Shown: one piece after another, positions 1 to 11,108 of the stretch
How the letters are laid out: every line of letters begins with the position of its first letter
How positions within the stretch are numbered: position 1 is the stretch's first letter
Assembly (NCBI GenBank): GCA_963714275.1
Contig: CAVQNT010000007.1
Coordinates: 64,001 to 128,000 of the forward strand
Length of the DNA: 64,000 bases
From: Candidatus Bathyarchaeota archaeon
Lineage (GTDB): Archaea; Thermoproteota; Bathyarchaeia; Bathyarchaeales; DTEX01
Reading direction: 5' to 3'
Translations under genes and position numbers: made by a program
The notes under the pieces: generated by a model
The model's database searches: none
What the model was told of the DNA's origin: nothing
What the model saw: the letters and a program-made list of their open reading frames with translations, nothing else

Positions 1-46
1 ACACGCTGATTACTGTGATGTCGCTTGTATCTTCATTAATTGCCAT
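1..46 (-). CDS. 5' end of a gene running off the window (MAINEDTSDITVISV...)
   Basis: ATG at 46 on the minus strand, open to the window edge, divergent from nadX. Confidence 0.4.
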   Translation of the reverse strand, partial: MAINEDTSDITVISV

Positions 47-202
47 GTTGGTTTTCAGGTATAACCTACTAACGCTTTTAGGCTGGTAAAAAGCGAGTAA
101 CATTTCAAACATTCACCATCCCAATACTTTTTAGAAAACCTTATCTAAGTCACACTCGCATATTCTTCGAGAACAAAAAATCTAGATTCCCAAAGATTCC
201 AC

Positions 203-1053
203 ATGACACAAGCTGGGATAACAAGACGAAAATTGCTGCTGGATTAATCGGTTGTGGCGCCATCGGAACCGTTATAGCTGAAGCGATCGATGCAGGGAAA
301 GCTGGAGACATCGAACTTACAGCTGTATACGATCTTGTCAAAGAACACGCAGAGAAACTGATTAGCGGACTGAAGAAGAAGCCAAAAATAGCCCATGAAG
401 CGGACGACCTTATTTCAGATAGTAAAATTCAGATAGTCATAGAAGCTGCCTCGCCTGAAGCAGTAAAACAGTATTCCGTGAGACTGCTGTCTGAAAACAA
501 GGACCTGATGGTTATGAGCGCAGCAGCCCTCATTGACGAAAAACTTTTTGCTGAAATATCGAGTTTAGCCAAGAAAAAGAGGCGCAAGGTTTACGTGCCT
601 TCAGGGGCAATTGTGGGTTTGGACAACATTAAATCCGCTGCCATAGGCAAGATCGACGAGGTTACACTTACAACCAGAAAGCCGCCTCAAAGCTTCGAGG
701 GTGCTCCGCTTGTCGAAAAAAACCACATCGACCTCCACTCATTAAAAAAACCTCTTGTACTATACGAGGGGTCAGCAAAAGAGGCTGTGAAACTTTTCCC
801 TCAGAACGTCAATGTTTCAGCCACGTTAAGCCTTGCTGGTATTGGACCTGAAAAGACGAAGGTTAGAATCATAACAGACCCGGAGACAAAAGTTATTTCG
901 CACGAAATACACGTGAAGGGCGATTTCGGAGAGTTCGAAACCAAAACCATTAACCGACCTTTCCCAACAAACCCGAAGACGAGCTTCATTGCTGCCTTGT
1001 CAGCTATAGCGACTTTGAAAAAGATTAGCGAAAATATCATTATCGGAACCTAA
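203..1053 (+). CDS. nadX: L-aspartate dehydrogenase (NAD biosynthesis); start uncertain
   Basis: The frame of ORF 478-1053 stays open upstream and encodes the Rossmann motif GLIGCGAIG; also VPSGAIVGLD, FPQNVNVSA, HEI and NPKTS motifs; next to nadC. The ATG at 203 is out of frame (probable indel). Confidence 0.9.
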
Positions 1054-1124
1054 AAAGACAAGTCTCTTCAATGTGGCTTTTCATTATACTTGCAAATTTA
1101 TATCAAGTCCGCATCTAATTCATT

Positions 1125-2000
1125 ATGAAAGGGGTCACAATTATGACGATACCCAAAAAAGCCTTGCAGGATGAATTGAAAAGATTTTTGGATGAGGATG
1201 TGGGTCAAGGCGACATTACGACAAACGCGATTGTTCCAAAAGACACACACGTATACGCTCAGATAATCGTTAAGGAACCCGCCGTAATCTGCGGCATCTA
1301 CGAAGCAAAAGTTTTCTTCGAAATACTCGGAGTTAGCTTTTCAGAAAAAGTGAATGATGGAGACGAAGTTGCTGCAGGCACAGTTGTTGCTGAGGTAGAG
1401 GGCAATGGACGCCCGATTCTTACAGCAGAAAGAACAATTCTAAACATTCTCATGAGGATGAGCGGAATAGCAACCGAAACCCGAAGGTTGGTGAATGAGG
1501 TAAAGAAAACAAGCCCCAAAGTTCGGATTGCTGCAACTAGGAAGACGGCTCCCGGTCTTCGTTATTTTGATAAACGGGCTGTTATTGTCGGCGGAGGAGA
1601 CCCGCATCGGATGAGGCTTGACGACGCTGTCCTGATTAAAGACAACCACATTGTGATCACAGGCGGAATAGATGAAGCAGTAAAGAGGGCACGGGTTTTT
1701 GTGGGTTCATCCAAAAAAATCGAGGTTGAAGCCAAAACTTTGGAACAAGCAGTCCAAGCGGCGGAGATAGGAGCCAACATAGTGATGCTTGATAACATGA
1801 CCTTAAAAGAAGCTGAAGACACGATGAAGGAACTGGCTGCCAGGAACCTGAGACAGAAAGTTATAATCGAGATATCAGGCGGCATAACGCCGAAAAACCT
1901 TGTTTCCTATGCCAAGCTTGAACCTGACATTATTTCTTTGGGTTCGCTGACGCATTCAGTGAAAGCCATCGACATGAGTCTGGAAGTAGTCGAAGCATAA
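1125..2000 (+). CDS. nadC: Nicotinate-nucleotide pyrophosphorylase (quinolinate phosphoribosyltransferase)
   Basis: ED..GDIT, ATRKTAPG, HRMRLDDAVLIKDNH, MLDN and SGGIT motifs. Confidence 0.96.
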   Translation: MKGVTIMTIPKKALQDELKRFLDEDVGQGDITTNAIVPKDTHVYAQIIVKEPAVICGIYEAKVFFEILGVSFSEKVNDGDEVAAGTVVAEVEGNGRPILTAERTILNILMRMSGIATETRRLVNEVKKTSPKVRIAATRKTAPGLRYFDKRAVIVGGGDPHRMRLDDAVLIKDNHIVITGGIDEAVKRARVFVGSSKKIEVEAKTLEQAVQAAEIGANIVMLDNMTLKEAEDTMKELAARNLRQKVIIEISGGITPKNLVSYAKLEPDIISLGSLTHSVKAIDMSLEVVEA

Positions 2001-2008
2001 ACTCTGTG

Positions 2009-3236
2009 TCAATTTTTTAACGCTTCTTTGACTGCTTCCAAAACTGTTTTTGCAGGTGCGTCAGTTTTTAGTCCGCGCGTGTGGAAATGTGTAGGGCACG
2101 TTTTGAAGCCTTCTTTTTCAAGAATTTTGATAACTTTTGATACCGGAGGAATCGTGATGTTCAGTTTGTCGCTGATGTGGTCAATGACAAAAAAGGTTGG
2201 AGGAGCGTCAGATTCCGCCTTGACGAGAGTGAGGGTTTTCTTGATTCGGTCTTCTTCTCCTGTTCTCTTTTTGGAGGCTTCGTTTTCGACCAGTTCACAG
2301 AAATCCTTATCCACTATTTTACCAAGCCACAATGGTCCAGCGATTTTTAAGGGCGAACCGCATTCGTCGCATAACACCTTAACAGGTGGGATTATGCCTG
2401 AAACTGTTTCTCTGTGAAAACACGAAAAACAGTGCATGATGAAACCCATTTTTTGTAGGCTTAGACTGGCTTTTTTAGCTCCCTGATTGAGTAAAGCATA
2501 GGCACGGATGTAGTGGCTGTTTTTGTGGCTGAATATGATGTTGACTCCGATGTCGTGTTTTGCAGCTGCCGATGCGAGACAGCCTGAAAGCAACCTTATG
2601 GCAATCTCGTGCGAATATTCGGTTCTTAAAGCCAACCCGCCATATTTTCTGAGAGCCACTTTCGGATACACACCGCATAGAGGAGCAAGGTCCGTCGCCG
2701 TCAAAGCCAATAATCCACCACTTCTTAAGGCTCTTATTGCCGAGTCCAAGTATGGAATAGGCGTTCCGAAGGGGTCCAAATCGATGTAATTAAACCTTTT
2801 ATGTGGCGCGTCGTGTTGGCTGAGAAACAAGTTTGCATCCATGTTGAATAGTTTAATGACTTTATCAACCGCATTGATCTCAACATTGTGTTGCGCCATT
2901 TTGTATGCTTCTGGGTTGATGTCGTTAAGGCTAACCTCGCAGATGCCTTCCACTTCTTTAGCGAACCGTATGCCCCTTACTCCACAGCCAGCTGAAGGGC
3001 TCAGAAATTATGAGCTCTCCGTTGATCGTTCTTTGATAGGCTTGAAGAACTAGGACTGCAAGGTCTCGGTTCAGCTTCATCGCTGGGTTAAAAAAAACCG
3101 GAGCCTTCGAAGGAGCATAGTCCCAAACGTCTTTCCTGAATTTTTCAAGGTTCGGCACAACAACCTCTGCCTTTCCTTCTTTAATTCTCGAAACAGGAAA
3201 ACTGAACTCCATTTCGTAATCTACCAGCCTAAGCAA
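2009..3236 (-). CDS. trm1: tRNA (guanine-26 N2,N2)-dimethyltransferase, split by frameshifts near 2950-3010
   Basis: VFFNPAMKLNRD in the 5' ORF; NDIN, IDLDPFG, TATD, CxxC/CxxC and GPLWLG in the 3' ORF. Confidence 0.93.
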
Positions 3237-3346
3237 ATGATAATAGTTACTTTAATAAAAAAGGCATTTTGGAGCCAATTTATGAGGTCCTCCACTTTCT
3301 TTCATGAAAATGGTTTTATTAGCCTGTTCATATTCTTTACTGGAAC

Positions 3347-4354
3347 ATGCAGACTCATAGGAGAAATCAAGGATTGGATTTCATGGAGTTCGGATGGAAC
3401 GGTCTCCTCTTTGAGGTTCCCGAGGAAGTCCGCTTCACACGTTATGGTGGCAATGCGAAAAGGGGATCTTTCATGCTTGAAGCCGAAAATTACCTTATCG
3501 AAGGGAAATGGGAGCCCATTCCCAAAAGGCGTAGACCTATTTCAGTAATTGCAGCTACCCTTATCGATAAAATGGGAGAGCAATACGGTAAGAAAAAGAG
3601 ACGTATTAGGAAACAGAATGTGACGATTTTAGAAAAGAATGACGCCCGCGTTTTTTCGCACGAAGCCCTTTACATGGTTGTGAAGGCGCAGTCTGAGGAA
3701 AGGTTGTACCTATGGTATTGTGACGAAAGCAACCGTGTAGTCATTGTTCGGTTCATCTTTAAGACCTTCGATGATTCGTCAAAGAAAATAATTAAGCAGG
3801 TGCTCGAAAGCTTCGAATGCCATGGAAAAGATTCCAACGTTTGGTCGCTTCTTAACTTCCGTTTTGAGACGCCGATGGATTTTCTTTTAACTGACACCAA
3901 GATTGCGGTTGGCAGAGCTCGGTTTATTCTTTCTGGCAAAAAAGTTTCTTCTTTTACTGAAAAAACCTCAACCCTCATCGTTGAGTATTATTCTATGGCA
4001 AACGTTGTTTTTCAAGACGCACTTAACAACCTAGATGAATGGTTTAAGAAAAATTACGAGAAAGATCTCTGTAAGCAATTAAAAAAACGGCGCATAAAGT
4101 TCGTTCTTGCTGAACCAAGGAAGCTGCTGAAACATGAGTTGGTCATGAAGGAATCCAAAAGTAAATCTGGTCTGACATGGAGGGAGACAACTCGTTTCAC
4201 AAACGCAACATGGTACTGTCCAGAATCAAACCGCATTTACATAGTCACGTTTACACACAACCTTTCCCGACCGATAATCTTTAAACGGCAAATCCCAGAA
4301 TCAGAATACACGGATCCTGTGGATAACCTGCTGTCTTCGTTTAAGTGCCATTAG
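3347..4354 (+). CDS. Hypothetical protein with two tandem homologous domains (WYC.ESNR ... SF.CH)
   Basis: 335-aa ORF with a visible internal duplication. Confidence 0.8.
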   Translation: MQTHRRNQGLDFMEFGWNGLLFEVPEEVRFTRYGGNAKRGSFMLEAENYLIEGKWEPIPKRRRPISVIAATLIDKMGEQYGKKKRRIRKQNVTILEKNDARVFSHEALYMVVKAQSEERLYLWYCDESNRVVIVRFIFKTFDDSSKKIIKQVLESFECHGKDSNVWSLLNFRFETPMDFLLTDTKIAVGRARFILSGKKVSSFTEKTSTLIVEYYSMANVVFQDALNNLDEWFKKNYEKDLCKQLKKRRIKFVLAEPRKLLKHELVMKESKSKSGLTWRETTRFTNATWYCPESNRIYIVTFTHNLSRPIIFKRQIPESEYTDPVDNLLSSFKCH

Positions 4355-4397
4355 GACCAGCAGTGATTACAGAAAATACATTGAGACTTGGAGCAGA

Positions 4398-5216
4398 CTA
4401 GAGAACATAGTGTTTGGGTAACTTCACCTTTGTCCTAGTAAAGGATTCCCTTGGCCTTGCGAATGACCTAAGATTTTTCCTAATTTTACGCCAAGATAGG
4501 TATTTTGGGACGAGGTGCGAAACTGTTTCACCGTGCGAATGGTAGACATCAAACCTCGGTTCAACGATTAATCTGTATCCTCTGGCAAGCATTTCGAGGC
4601 TCCAATCGTAATCTTCGCCGCCGAACTTGCTTGTTTCATGAATTAGGTCTGGCAATTTCTCGTCGAACGGATACTTTTCCCACAGTGGTCTTCTGAAAAT
4701 GCAGTTGGTTGTCGAAAAATACGTGTCTCTTCTGTAGGCTTTGCTTGTTTCGTTAAGTTTCCTCCAACCCCAATCGAAGGCAAGTTTCTCCCAGACAGTT
4801 CCCTGTTTATGCGGAAGTGTGTACCCAGCGACTCCAGCAACTTTTTCGTCCTTAAAATGGGCGACAGCGCTTTCAAGCCACTCTCTCGAGGAGGGAAGGC
4901 AATGACCATTAATTACGCAGACAAGTTTCCCCGAAGCCACAGAAATGCCTGCGTTTGCTGAGTATGCATAAGAAAACTCGTCGTCGGTTAACGGCACAAT
5001 AACTACCTTTGTTTTATTACTGAAGAATTCGCTTTTTGCCATTCGTAAAAGGTCTGTCATCTCTTCCAGTTTGTTAATGCTGGAATAATTGTCTACGACG
5101 ACAAGTTCAGAGGGACACAAAGTTTGACATGAAAGGCTCTGCAAAAGCTCATGAAAATAACTTTCTATGTCTCTTGTCCGAATCAAAACTGAAACGTCGT
5201 TTGTAACTGTTGGCAT
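4398..5216 (-). CDS. Glycosyltransferase family 2
   Basis: VSVLIRT, VVVDNYS, GEDYDW and VYHSH motifs of the GT-A fold. Confidence 0.88.
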   Translation of the reverse strand: MPTVTNDVSVLIRTRDIESYFHELLQSLSCQTLCPSELVVVDNYSSINKLEEMTDLLRMAKSEFFSNKTKVVIVPLTDDEFSYAYSANAGISVASGKLVCVINGHCLPSSREWLESAVAHFKDEKVAGVAGYTLPHKQGTVWEKLAFDWGWRKLNETSKAYRRDTYFSTTNCIFRRPLWEKYPFDEKLPDLIHETSKFGGEDYDWSLEMLARGYRLIVEPRFDVYHSHGETVSHLVPKYLSWRKIRKNLRSFARPRESFTRTKVKLPKHYVL

Positions 5217-5311
5217 TCTAAACTCTGAAATGATGCTGTTGACTTAAAAAACTAACCGTGAAGGCTTACATAGGTTGACTAGGATTTCGTAAATGATTAT
5301 TCAAAAATATA

Positions 5312-5821
5312 TTATTGTTGTTGGACTGGTTGTTTCTTTCCTTCTTCCTTACTTTCTTTTTTGGTTAATCGGGAAGCTACGTCGTCAGGAACAAGGAACG
5401 CTATTAGTCCACGTTTGGCGAGCTCGTTGAAGTAGGAATTCAGCGATATTTCGGCTTCGCTTGGAAGCATCTTGTACATTTCATGCAGCTGTTGAACCAA
5501 ATCCTTAACGGACTTTTCGCCATCGCACATTTCCCAGACGATCGAGCCGATAATGTCAAGGTGAAACTTTCTCTGTTTAACCGGAGGAGAACTGGTTGGC
5601 ATTATGCCTCTTCGCCGTTGTCTTCTTCCTTCTTCTTCTTTTTTTGGTTCTTTCTTCTCTTCTTTAGGTTTTTCGAACTGTAGAATTAAGGTGATTTTTC
5701 CGCTTTCGTCCTTTTCAATCTTTGCAGCTGGGTTGCGGACTGGTCTAATGTTGAGGAAGTCGCCTCGTGCAATCGGTGAAGATTCCTCTTTCTTTTTTCC
5801 TCTAAGCCTGTTGAGTATCAT
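5312..5821 (-). CDS. PqqD / RiPP-recognition-element family protein
   Basis: C-terminal LD.IGS.VWE.CDG..SV..L...L...Y......F..L...GLI pattern typical of PqqD. Confidence 0.8.
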   Translation of the reverse strand: MILNRLRGKKKEESSPIARGDFLNIRPVRNPAAKIEKDESGKITLILQFEKPKEEKKEPKKEEEGRRQRRRGIMPTSSPPVKQRKFHLDIIGSIVWEMCDGEKSVKDLVQQLHEMYKMLPSEAEISLNSYFNELAKRGLIAFLVPDDVASRLTKKESKEEGKKQPVQQQ

Positions 5822-6015
5822 TTTTATTTCTTCCAAGATAACAAAATAAACGATCACCTTAAAAAATTAATCCGAACGTCCACGAAAAATCGTGAAATAA
5901 GCCACAAAAAACACATACAAAACTCGAGGTTGAAGTATCGAAAAAGGGTTCCACAAAGACTTTTTATGCAGCTGAGTATATTTCGGTTGAGTCAACGTTT
6001 CGGCGGAGAGACAAA

Positions 6016-6818
6016 TTGTCGAATTTAGGTCCCTACTCACTAAAGTTTGATTATGAAAAAACATTGAAAGAAATCTTACAATTCATACAAAAAACTATTG
6101 CTGACGCTGGGGCTTCCGGAGTGGTTGTCGGGTTAAGCGGGGGCGTAGACAGCACCTTGACAGCTACCCTTTGCACTCGGGCGTTGGGAAAAGAAAAAGT
6201 TCTAGGCGTTTTGATGCCGACTTCGTTTACGCCTCCACAGGACATTGCTGATGCTCTTGAGTTGGCTGGATTGCTTGGAACACGAACAGAAAGAGTGAAC
6301 ATCGACGGCATCTGCAAGTCCTTTATGGAAGAATTACGGGTCAAAGAAGACTCTTCGACGCACAAAATCCCACTAGCCAACATACGGGCAAGGGTACGTA
6401 TGGCAATTCTTTACTATTATGCGAACGCCAACAGCATGCTTGTGGCTGGAACAGGAGACCGAAGTGAGGCTCTGATTGGCTTCTACACAAAATTTGGAGA
6501 CGGAGCGGCAGACTTCTTTCCAATAAGGCACCTCTATAAGACCCAAGTTAGGGAACTGACGAAGTATCTCGAAATGCCTGAAAAAATGGCGTTGAAACCC
6601 AGTAGTCCCCACTTTACCCTGGGCATAAACTGTCCGATGAGGTGCCTCTCGATTACGAAAAATTAGACCCAGTTCTCGTCGGACTCTTCGACTTGGGGTT
6701 ACGTCCCAAAAAGGTCAGCGAGATGACGGAGGTTCCTTTCGATATCGTAACGGAAATTGTTAGGCGACACAAAAAATCTGAGCATAAACGAAAGCCTCCT
6801 CCTGCGATAGAGAAGTGA
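6016..6818 (+). CDS. nadE: NH3-dependent NAD+ synthetase, frameshift near 6610
   Basis: GLSGGVDS, NIRARVRM, GFYTKFGDG and LYKTQV; the alternate frame continues to SEHKRKPP and TGA at 6816-6818. Confidence 0.93.
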
Positions 6819-8727
6819 TGCACAAAATGTCGAAACCGAGAATAATTTTTCAGCCATACGGGAAAAGGTTGGAAGCGTCCACTGGCTCAACCATTCTTGA
6901 AGTAGCCAGGGATACAGGCGTAAACTTAAGTTCAGTCTGCGGGGGAGAAGGGCGCTGCGGCAAATGCAGGATCATAATACGTTCGGGAAATGAACTTTTG
7001 TCACCGCCCTCTGAATTCGAAAAACACGTGTTCTCCGAGGAAGACCTAAGCAACGGATTCAGGTTAGCCTGTCAGACAACAACACAACACGAAGGCACAG
7101 TGACCGTGGAGGTTCCAGCCGAAAGCCAAATTGACCAGCATAGACTGTTGCTTATGGGTTCAGAAAAGAAGGTGAAGCTAGCACCCGCCGTAAGGAAAGT
7201 TGTGGTCGCTCTTGAAAAGCCTTCGCTGTCGGACACCCGATCAGACGTCGATAGGCTTCTGGACGCTTTGGAGTCCAAGATTGGCTTAAGACCCATTGTT
7301 GATTATGAAACCTTAAAAATGGTGCCGCGCGTCGTTCGGAAAAAAGACTGGGTCGTTACTGTTACGCTCTGGAACGATCAGGAAATAATTGCGGTTCAGC
7401 CCGGACAAGTTTCTGGCTGTTACGGATTTGCGGTCGATATTGGGACAACTAAGCTTGCTGGATACTTACTGGATTTAAGCAATGGTAAAATTGTTGCGAC
7501 CGCTTCAGCTACGAATCCTCAAATCCCATATGGAGAAGACGTGATTTCTAGGATACGGTTCGCAACGGAAAACCCGGAGAATCTCGTGAAACTTCAGCAA
7601 ACAGTGATTGAAGGAATAAACCAACTGGTCAAACAAACCTGCAAAGACTCCGGAGTCTCACCTGATGACGTTTACGAAATGACTGTCTCAGGGAACACTG
7701 CGATGCATCACATTTTTCTCGGGATTCCCCGGACAATGTGGCTTTGTTACCTTACCCAGCAGCTTTGCAGTCGTCTATGAATGTAAAAGCAAAAGAATTG
7801 TCATTGAATTTGAATCGTGGAGCCTACGTTCACGTTTTACCTACGATTGCAGGTTTCGTGGGAGGAGACGCTGTGGCTGACGTCCTCGCAACGGGCATTC
7901 ACGAAGCAGACAAGCTTTCGATGCTGATTGACATTGGTACAAACACCGAAATAGTCCTCGGCAACAAAGACAGGCTTGCATCGTGCTCTTGCGCTTCTGG
8001 TCCCGCCTTTGAGGGAGCGCACATTAAGCATGGAATGAGGGCATCGACCGGTGCCATCGAGCAGGTTTGGATAGAACCAGAAACTTACGAGGTTGGTTAT
8101 AAGACAGTTGATGATAGTAAACCGCGTGGGCTTTGCGGGTCAGCAATTGTTGATGTGGTAGCGGAACTTTTTAAGGTTAGGTTGATTGACAAAAGCGGAA
8201 AATTCAACCGAACTCTTAAGACACCGCGATTAAGGATAAACGAAAAGTCTACCGAGTTCGTGATCGTGTGGAAAAACGAAAGACTCGACTGATACGGACA
8301 TTGTTGTAACGCAGGGGGACATCCGAGTGATTCAATTGGCTAAAGCCGCAATCTTCACTGGTGCTTCTATCTTGATGAAGCATTTGGACGTTAAGTTCCA
8401 CGAAATCCAGAAAGTCTTCTTCAGCTGGCGCTTTCGGGACATACGTTGATCCGTTAAACGCGAAGGTTATTGGCATGTACCCGGATGTGTCTCTCGAAAA
8501 GGTTCAGTTCGTGGGCAACACGTCTGGTTCAGGCGCAAGAATGACGCTTTTGTCAGTCGAAGCTCGCGAAGTCAGCTGAAAAGATTGCTAAGTTCGTTGA
8601 GTATGTTGAGTTGGGCGCTGATTCGAGTTTCCAAAACGAATTTCTGAAGGCAACCTACCTTCCGCATCAAGAGGTAAACCGATTTCCAAGCGTAGCCAAA
8701 TTATTGGGTAATAAAAACATAGGATAA
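6815..8727 (+). CDS. ASKHA-domain reductive activator of corrinoid proteins (RACo/DUF4445 type) with N-terminal 2Fe-2S ferredoxin; several frameshifts
   Basis: CGGEGRCGKC...RLAC, VDIGTT, NPQ..YGEDVISRI, DIGTNTE, GPAFEG, GLCGS, QLAKAAI and AGAFG motifs across frames. Confidence 0.9.
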
Positions 8728-8801
8728 CCTAATTTAAAGTATCCTTTTTTATAGGCTTCCTGAATATACTTAGCCTATTATATTGGCGAGAGTAAAGTGT
8801 T

Positions 8802-9971
8802 ATGAAGATTGCGAAGAGAATGCAGACGATTGAGCCTTCTGGCACGATAGTTATGGCTGAGAAGGCTCGTGAAATGCAGCAGGCAGGTCGAAAAATCCTT
8901 AATTTGGACGTTGGGGAGCCGGATTTTGACACGCCTGAACACATTAAGCAGGCAGCCATCGACGCGATAAAAAACGGGTTCACCCACTACACCTCAAGCA
9001 AGGGAACACTTGAGTCTAGACAAGCCATCGCCGATGACCTTGCGATCAGAAATATTATGACCAATCCCGAGAAGGAGTTAATTGTTACTCCGGGAGGCAA
9101 ACACGCCCTTTACTGCGCTTGCCTAGCGACCCTTGATCCCGAGGATGAGGTTCTGATTTTGGCTCCAACTTGGCCAACCCATTTCCAATGCGCCGAGGTT
9201 GCGGAAGCACATACAATAGAGGTTCCTTGTGGACCGTCGTATAACCTTGACGAGGAAGCTTTGAAAAAAGGGATTACACGCAAGTCTAAGATGATTCTGG
9301 TGGGTTCGCCGAACAATCCGACTGGAGGAGTCATGGATGCGGATGATATTAAGGCGATTGTTGACCTTGCGGTTGACCATGGTCTCCTTATTATGTCTGA
9401 CGAGATTTATGACCGCATAGTCTTTGACGACTTTAAGATTCGGAGTCCAGCCTCTTTTGATGACATTAGAGAAAGGTGCATCATCTTAAATGGGTTCAGC
9501 AAAGCCTACGCGATGACTGGTTGGAGAATAGGTTACGCGTTCGCAAACGAGGAAATTGTCGAAGCCATGGTTCGGATTCAGCAGTCAACGACGACTTGTC
9601 CAGCCAGCTTCGTCCAGAAGGCAGGCGTCGCGGCACTTAAAGGACCGCAGGACTCGATCCAAAAGATGGTTCAGGAATACGACCGCAGAAGAAAGATCAT
9701 CGTTGAGCAACTCAACAACATAGATGGAATAAGATGTAACATGCCGAAAGGCGCGTTCTACGTTTTTCCCGAAATCAAAACCCTCGGAACTTCGAGCCTT
9801 GAGTTCTGCAGCAGACTGCTTGAGGAAGAAGGTGTCTCGACCACGCCTGGTAGCGTCTTCGGAGAAAGCGGAGAAGGATACGTCCGCATGTCCTATGCGA
9901 CGAGTCTTGAAACTATTGGTGAAGCCGTAAAAAAGATTAAGGCATTCGTCAATAATTACTCCGTAAATTGA
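8802..9971 (+). CDS. PLP-dependent class I/II aminotransferase (aspartate aminotransferase-like)
   Basis: GEPDF, PNNPTG, SDEIY and SKAYAMTGWRIG motifs. Confidence 0.93.
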   Translation: MKIAKRMQTIEPSGTIVMAEKAREMQQAGRKILNLDVGEPDFDTPEHIKQAAIDAIKNGFTHYTSSKGTLESRQAIADDLAIRNIMTNPEKELIVTPGGKHALYCACLATLDPEDEVLILAPTWPTHFQCAEVAEAHTIEVPCGPSYNLDEEALKKGITRKSKMILVGSPNNPTGGVMDADDIKAIVDLAVDHGLLIMSDEIYDRIVFDDFKIRSPASFDDIRERCIILNGFSKAYAMTGWRIGYAFANEEIVEAMVRIQQSTTTCPASFVQKAGVAALKGPQDSIQKMVQEYDRRRKIIVEQLNNIDGIRCNMPKGAFYVFPEIKTLGTSSLEFCSRLLEEEGVSTTPGSVFGESGEGYVRMSYATSLETIGEAVKKIKAFVNNYSVN

Positions 9972-11077
9972 AAGGTGAACAACCCATGTTTGATAATAAG
10001 GCAATCGAATTCCTCAAAAACTTAACAGAGTCCTTCGGACCATCCGGGTTCGAAAGGGAGCCCTCACGTATAATAAAAGAATACATGCAATCCTATTCTG
10101 ATAAGGTAATCACGGACAAGCTTGGTTCAGTAGTCTTCGTGGCTAAGGGTCAAGCTGAGAAACCGCGTGTCTTGTTAGCTGGGCATATTGACGAAGTTGG
10201 CTTCGTAATCTCAGGAATAGACGAAAACTCCGGTTTTCTTTCGTTCAATCCAGTGGGCGGGTGGTGGGACCAAGTTCTACTTTCCCAAAAGGTTATTGTG
10301 AGAACGGTTAAAGGCGACCTTCAAGGGGTCATCGCGTCTAAGCCTCCCCACCTTTTGACTGATGAGGAACGCACAAAAGTTTTCACGCAAGACAAGATGT
10401 TCATCGACATCGGTGCTACGTCCAAAAAAGAGACAGAAGAGACAGGAGTGAAGGTTGGCGACCCAGTTGTGCCTTTGTCTCCGTTCAGTCTGATTCGCGA
10501 TGGAAAAGTAGCCATGGGAAAAGCCTTCGACGACAGGTTAGGCGCCTTCGTAATCATGGAGGCAATCCGATGCATCAAAGAAAATGGCATATCTCATCCC
10601 AACACGGTTTATGGGGCTGCCACAGTTCAAGAGGAAATTGGCTTAAGAGGCGCACAAACCGTTGCCCACCTTGTTGACCCAGACGTCGGCATCGTTCTGG
10701 AGGTTGACATTTCAGGCGACATTCCAGGCATAAAGCCTTTCGAGGCCCCTGCGAAGATGGGGAAAGGTCCAAGCCTGTTGACTTATGACCGAAGTATGAT
10801 TCCTAATCAGCCTTTGAAGGATTTTGTTTGGAAGACGGCTAAGGAGGCGAATATTCCGCTTCAGCTTTCCCAGGTGGCTAAGGGAGGAACGGACGCTGGC
10901 AGAATTCACCTTGACAGAGCTGGGTGCCCAAGCGTCGTCATAAGCGTTCCAACAAGGCACATTCACAGCCACGTTGGCCTGTTTAATCTTGAGGACGCGG
11001 AAAACGCGGTGAAACTTGTCATTGAACTCTTGAAGAGTCTTGACGGGAAGACTGTGAAAGGCTTCACGAAAATCTAG
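9968..11077 (+). CDS. M42 family (TET-like) aminopeptidase
   Basis: GHIDEVG, KAFDDR, QEEIG, GGTDAG and RHIHS motifs. Confidence 0.93.
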   Translation: MKGEQPMFDNKAIEFLKNLTESFGPSGFEREPSRIIKEYMQSYSDKVITDKLGSVVFVAKGQAEKPRVLLAGHIDEVGFVISGIDENSGFLSFNPVGGWWDQVLLSQKVIVRTVKGDLQGVIASKPPHLLTDEERTKVFTQDKMFIDIGATSKKETEETGVKVGDPVVPLSPFSLIRDGKVAMGKAFDDRLGAFVIMEAIRCIKENGISHPNTVYGAATVQEEIGLRGAQTVAHLVDPDVGIVLEVDISGDIPGIKPFEAPAKMGKGPSLLTYDRSMIPNQPLKDFVWKTAKEANIPLQLSQVAKGGTDAGRIHLDRAGCPSVVISVPTRHIHSHVGLFNLEDAENAVKLVIELLKSLDGKTVKGFTKI

Positions 11078-11108
11078 ACGAATGTATTGAGCTGACAAAA
11101 GTCCAAGT

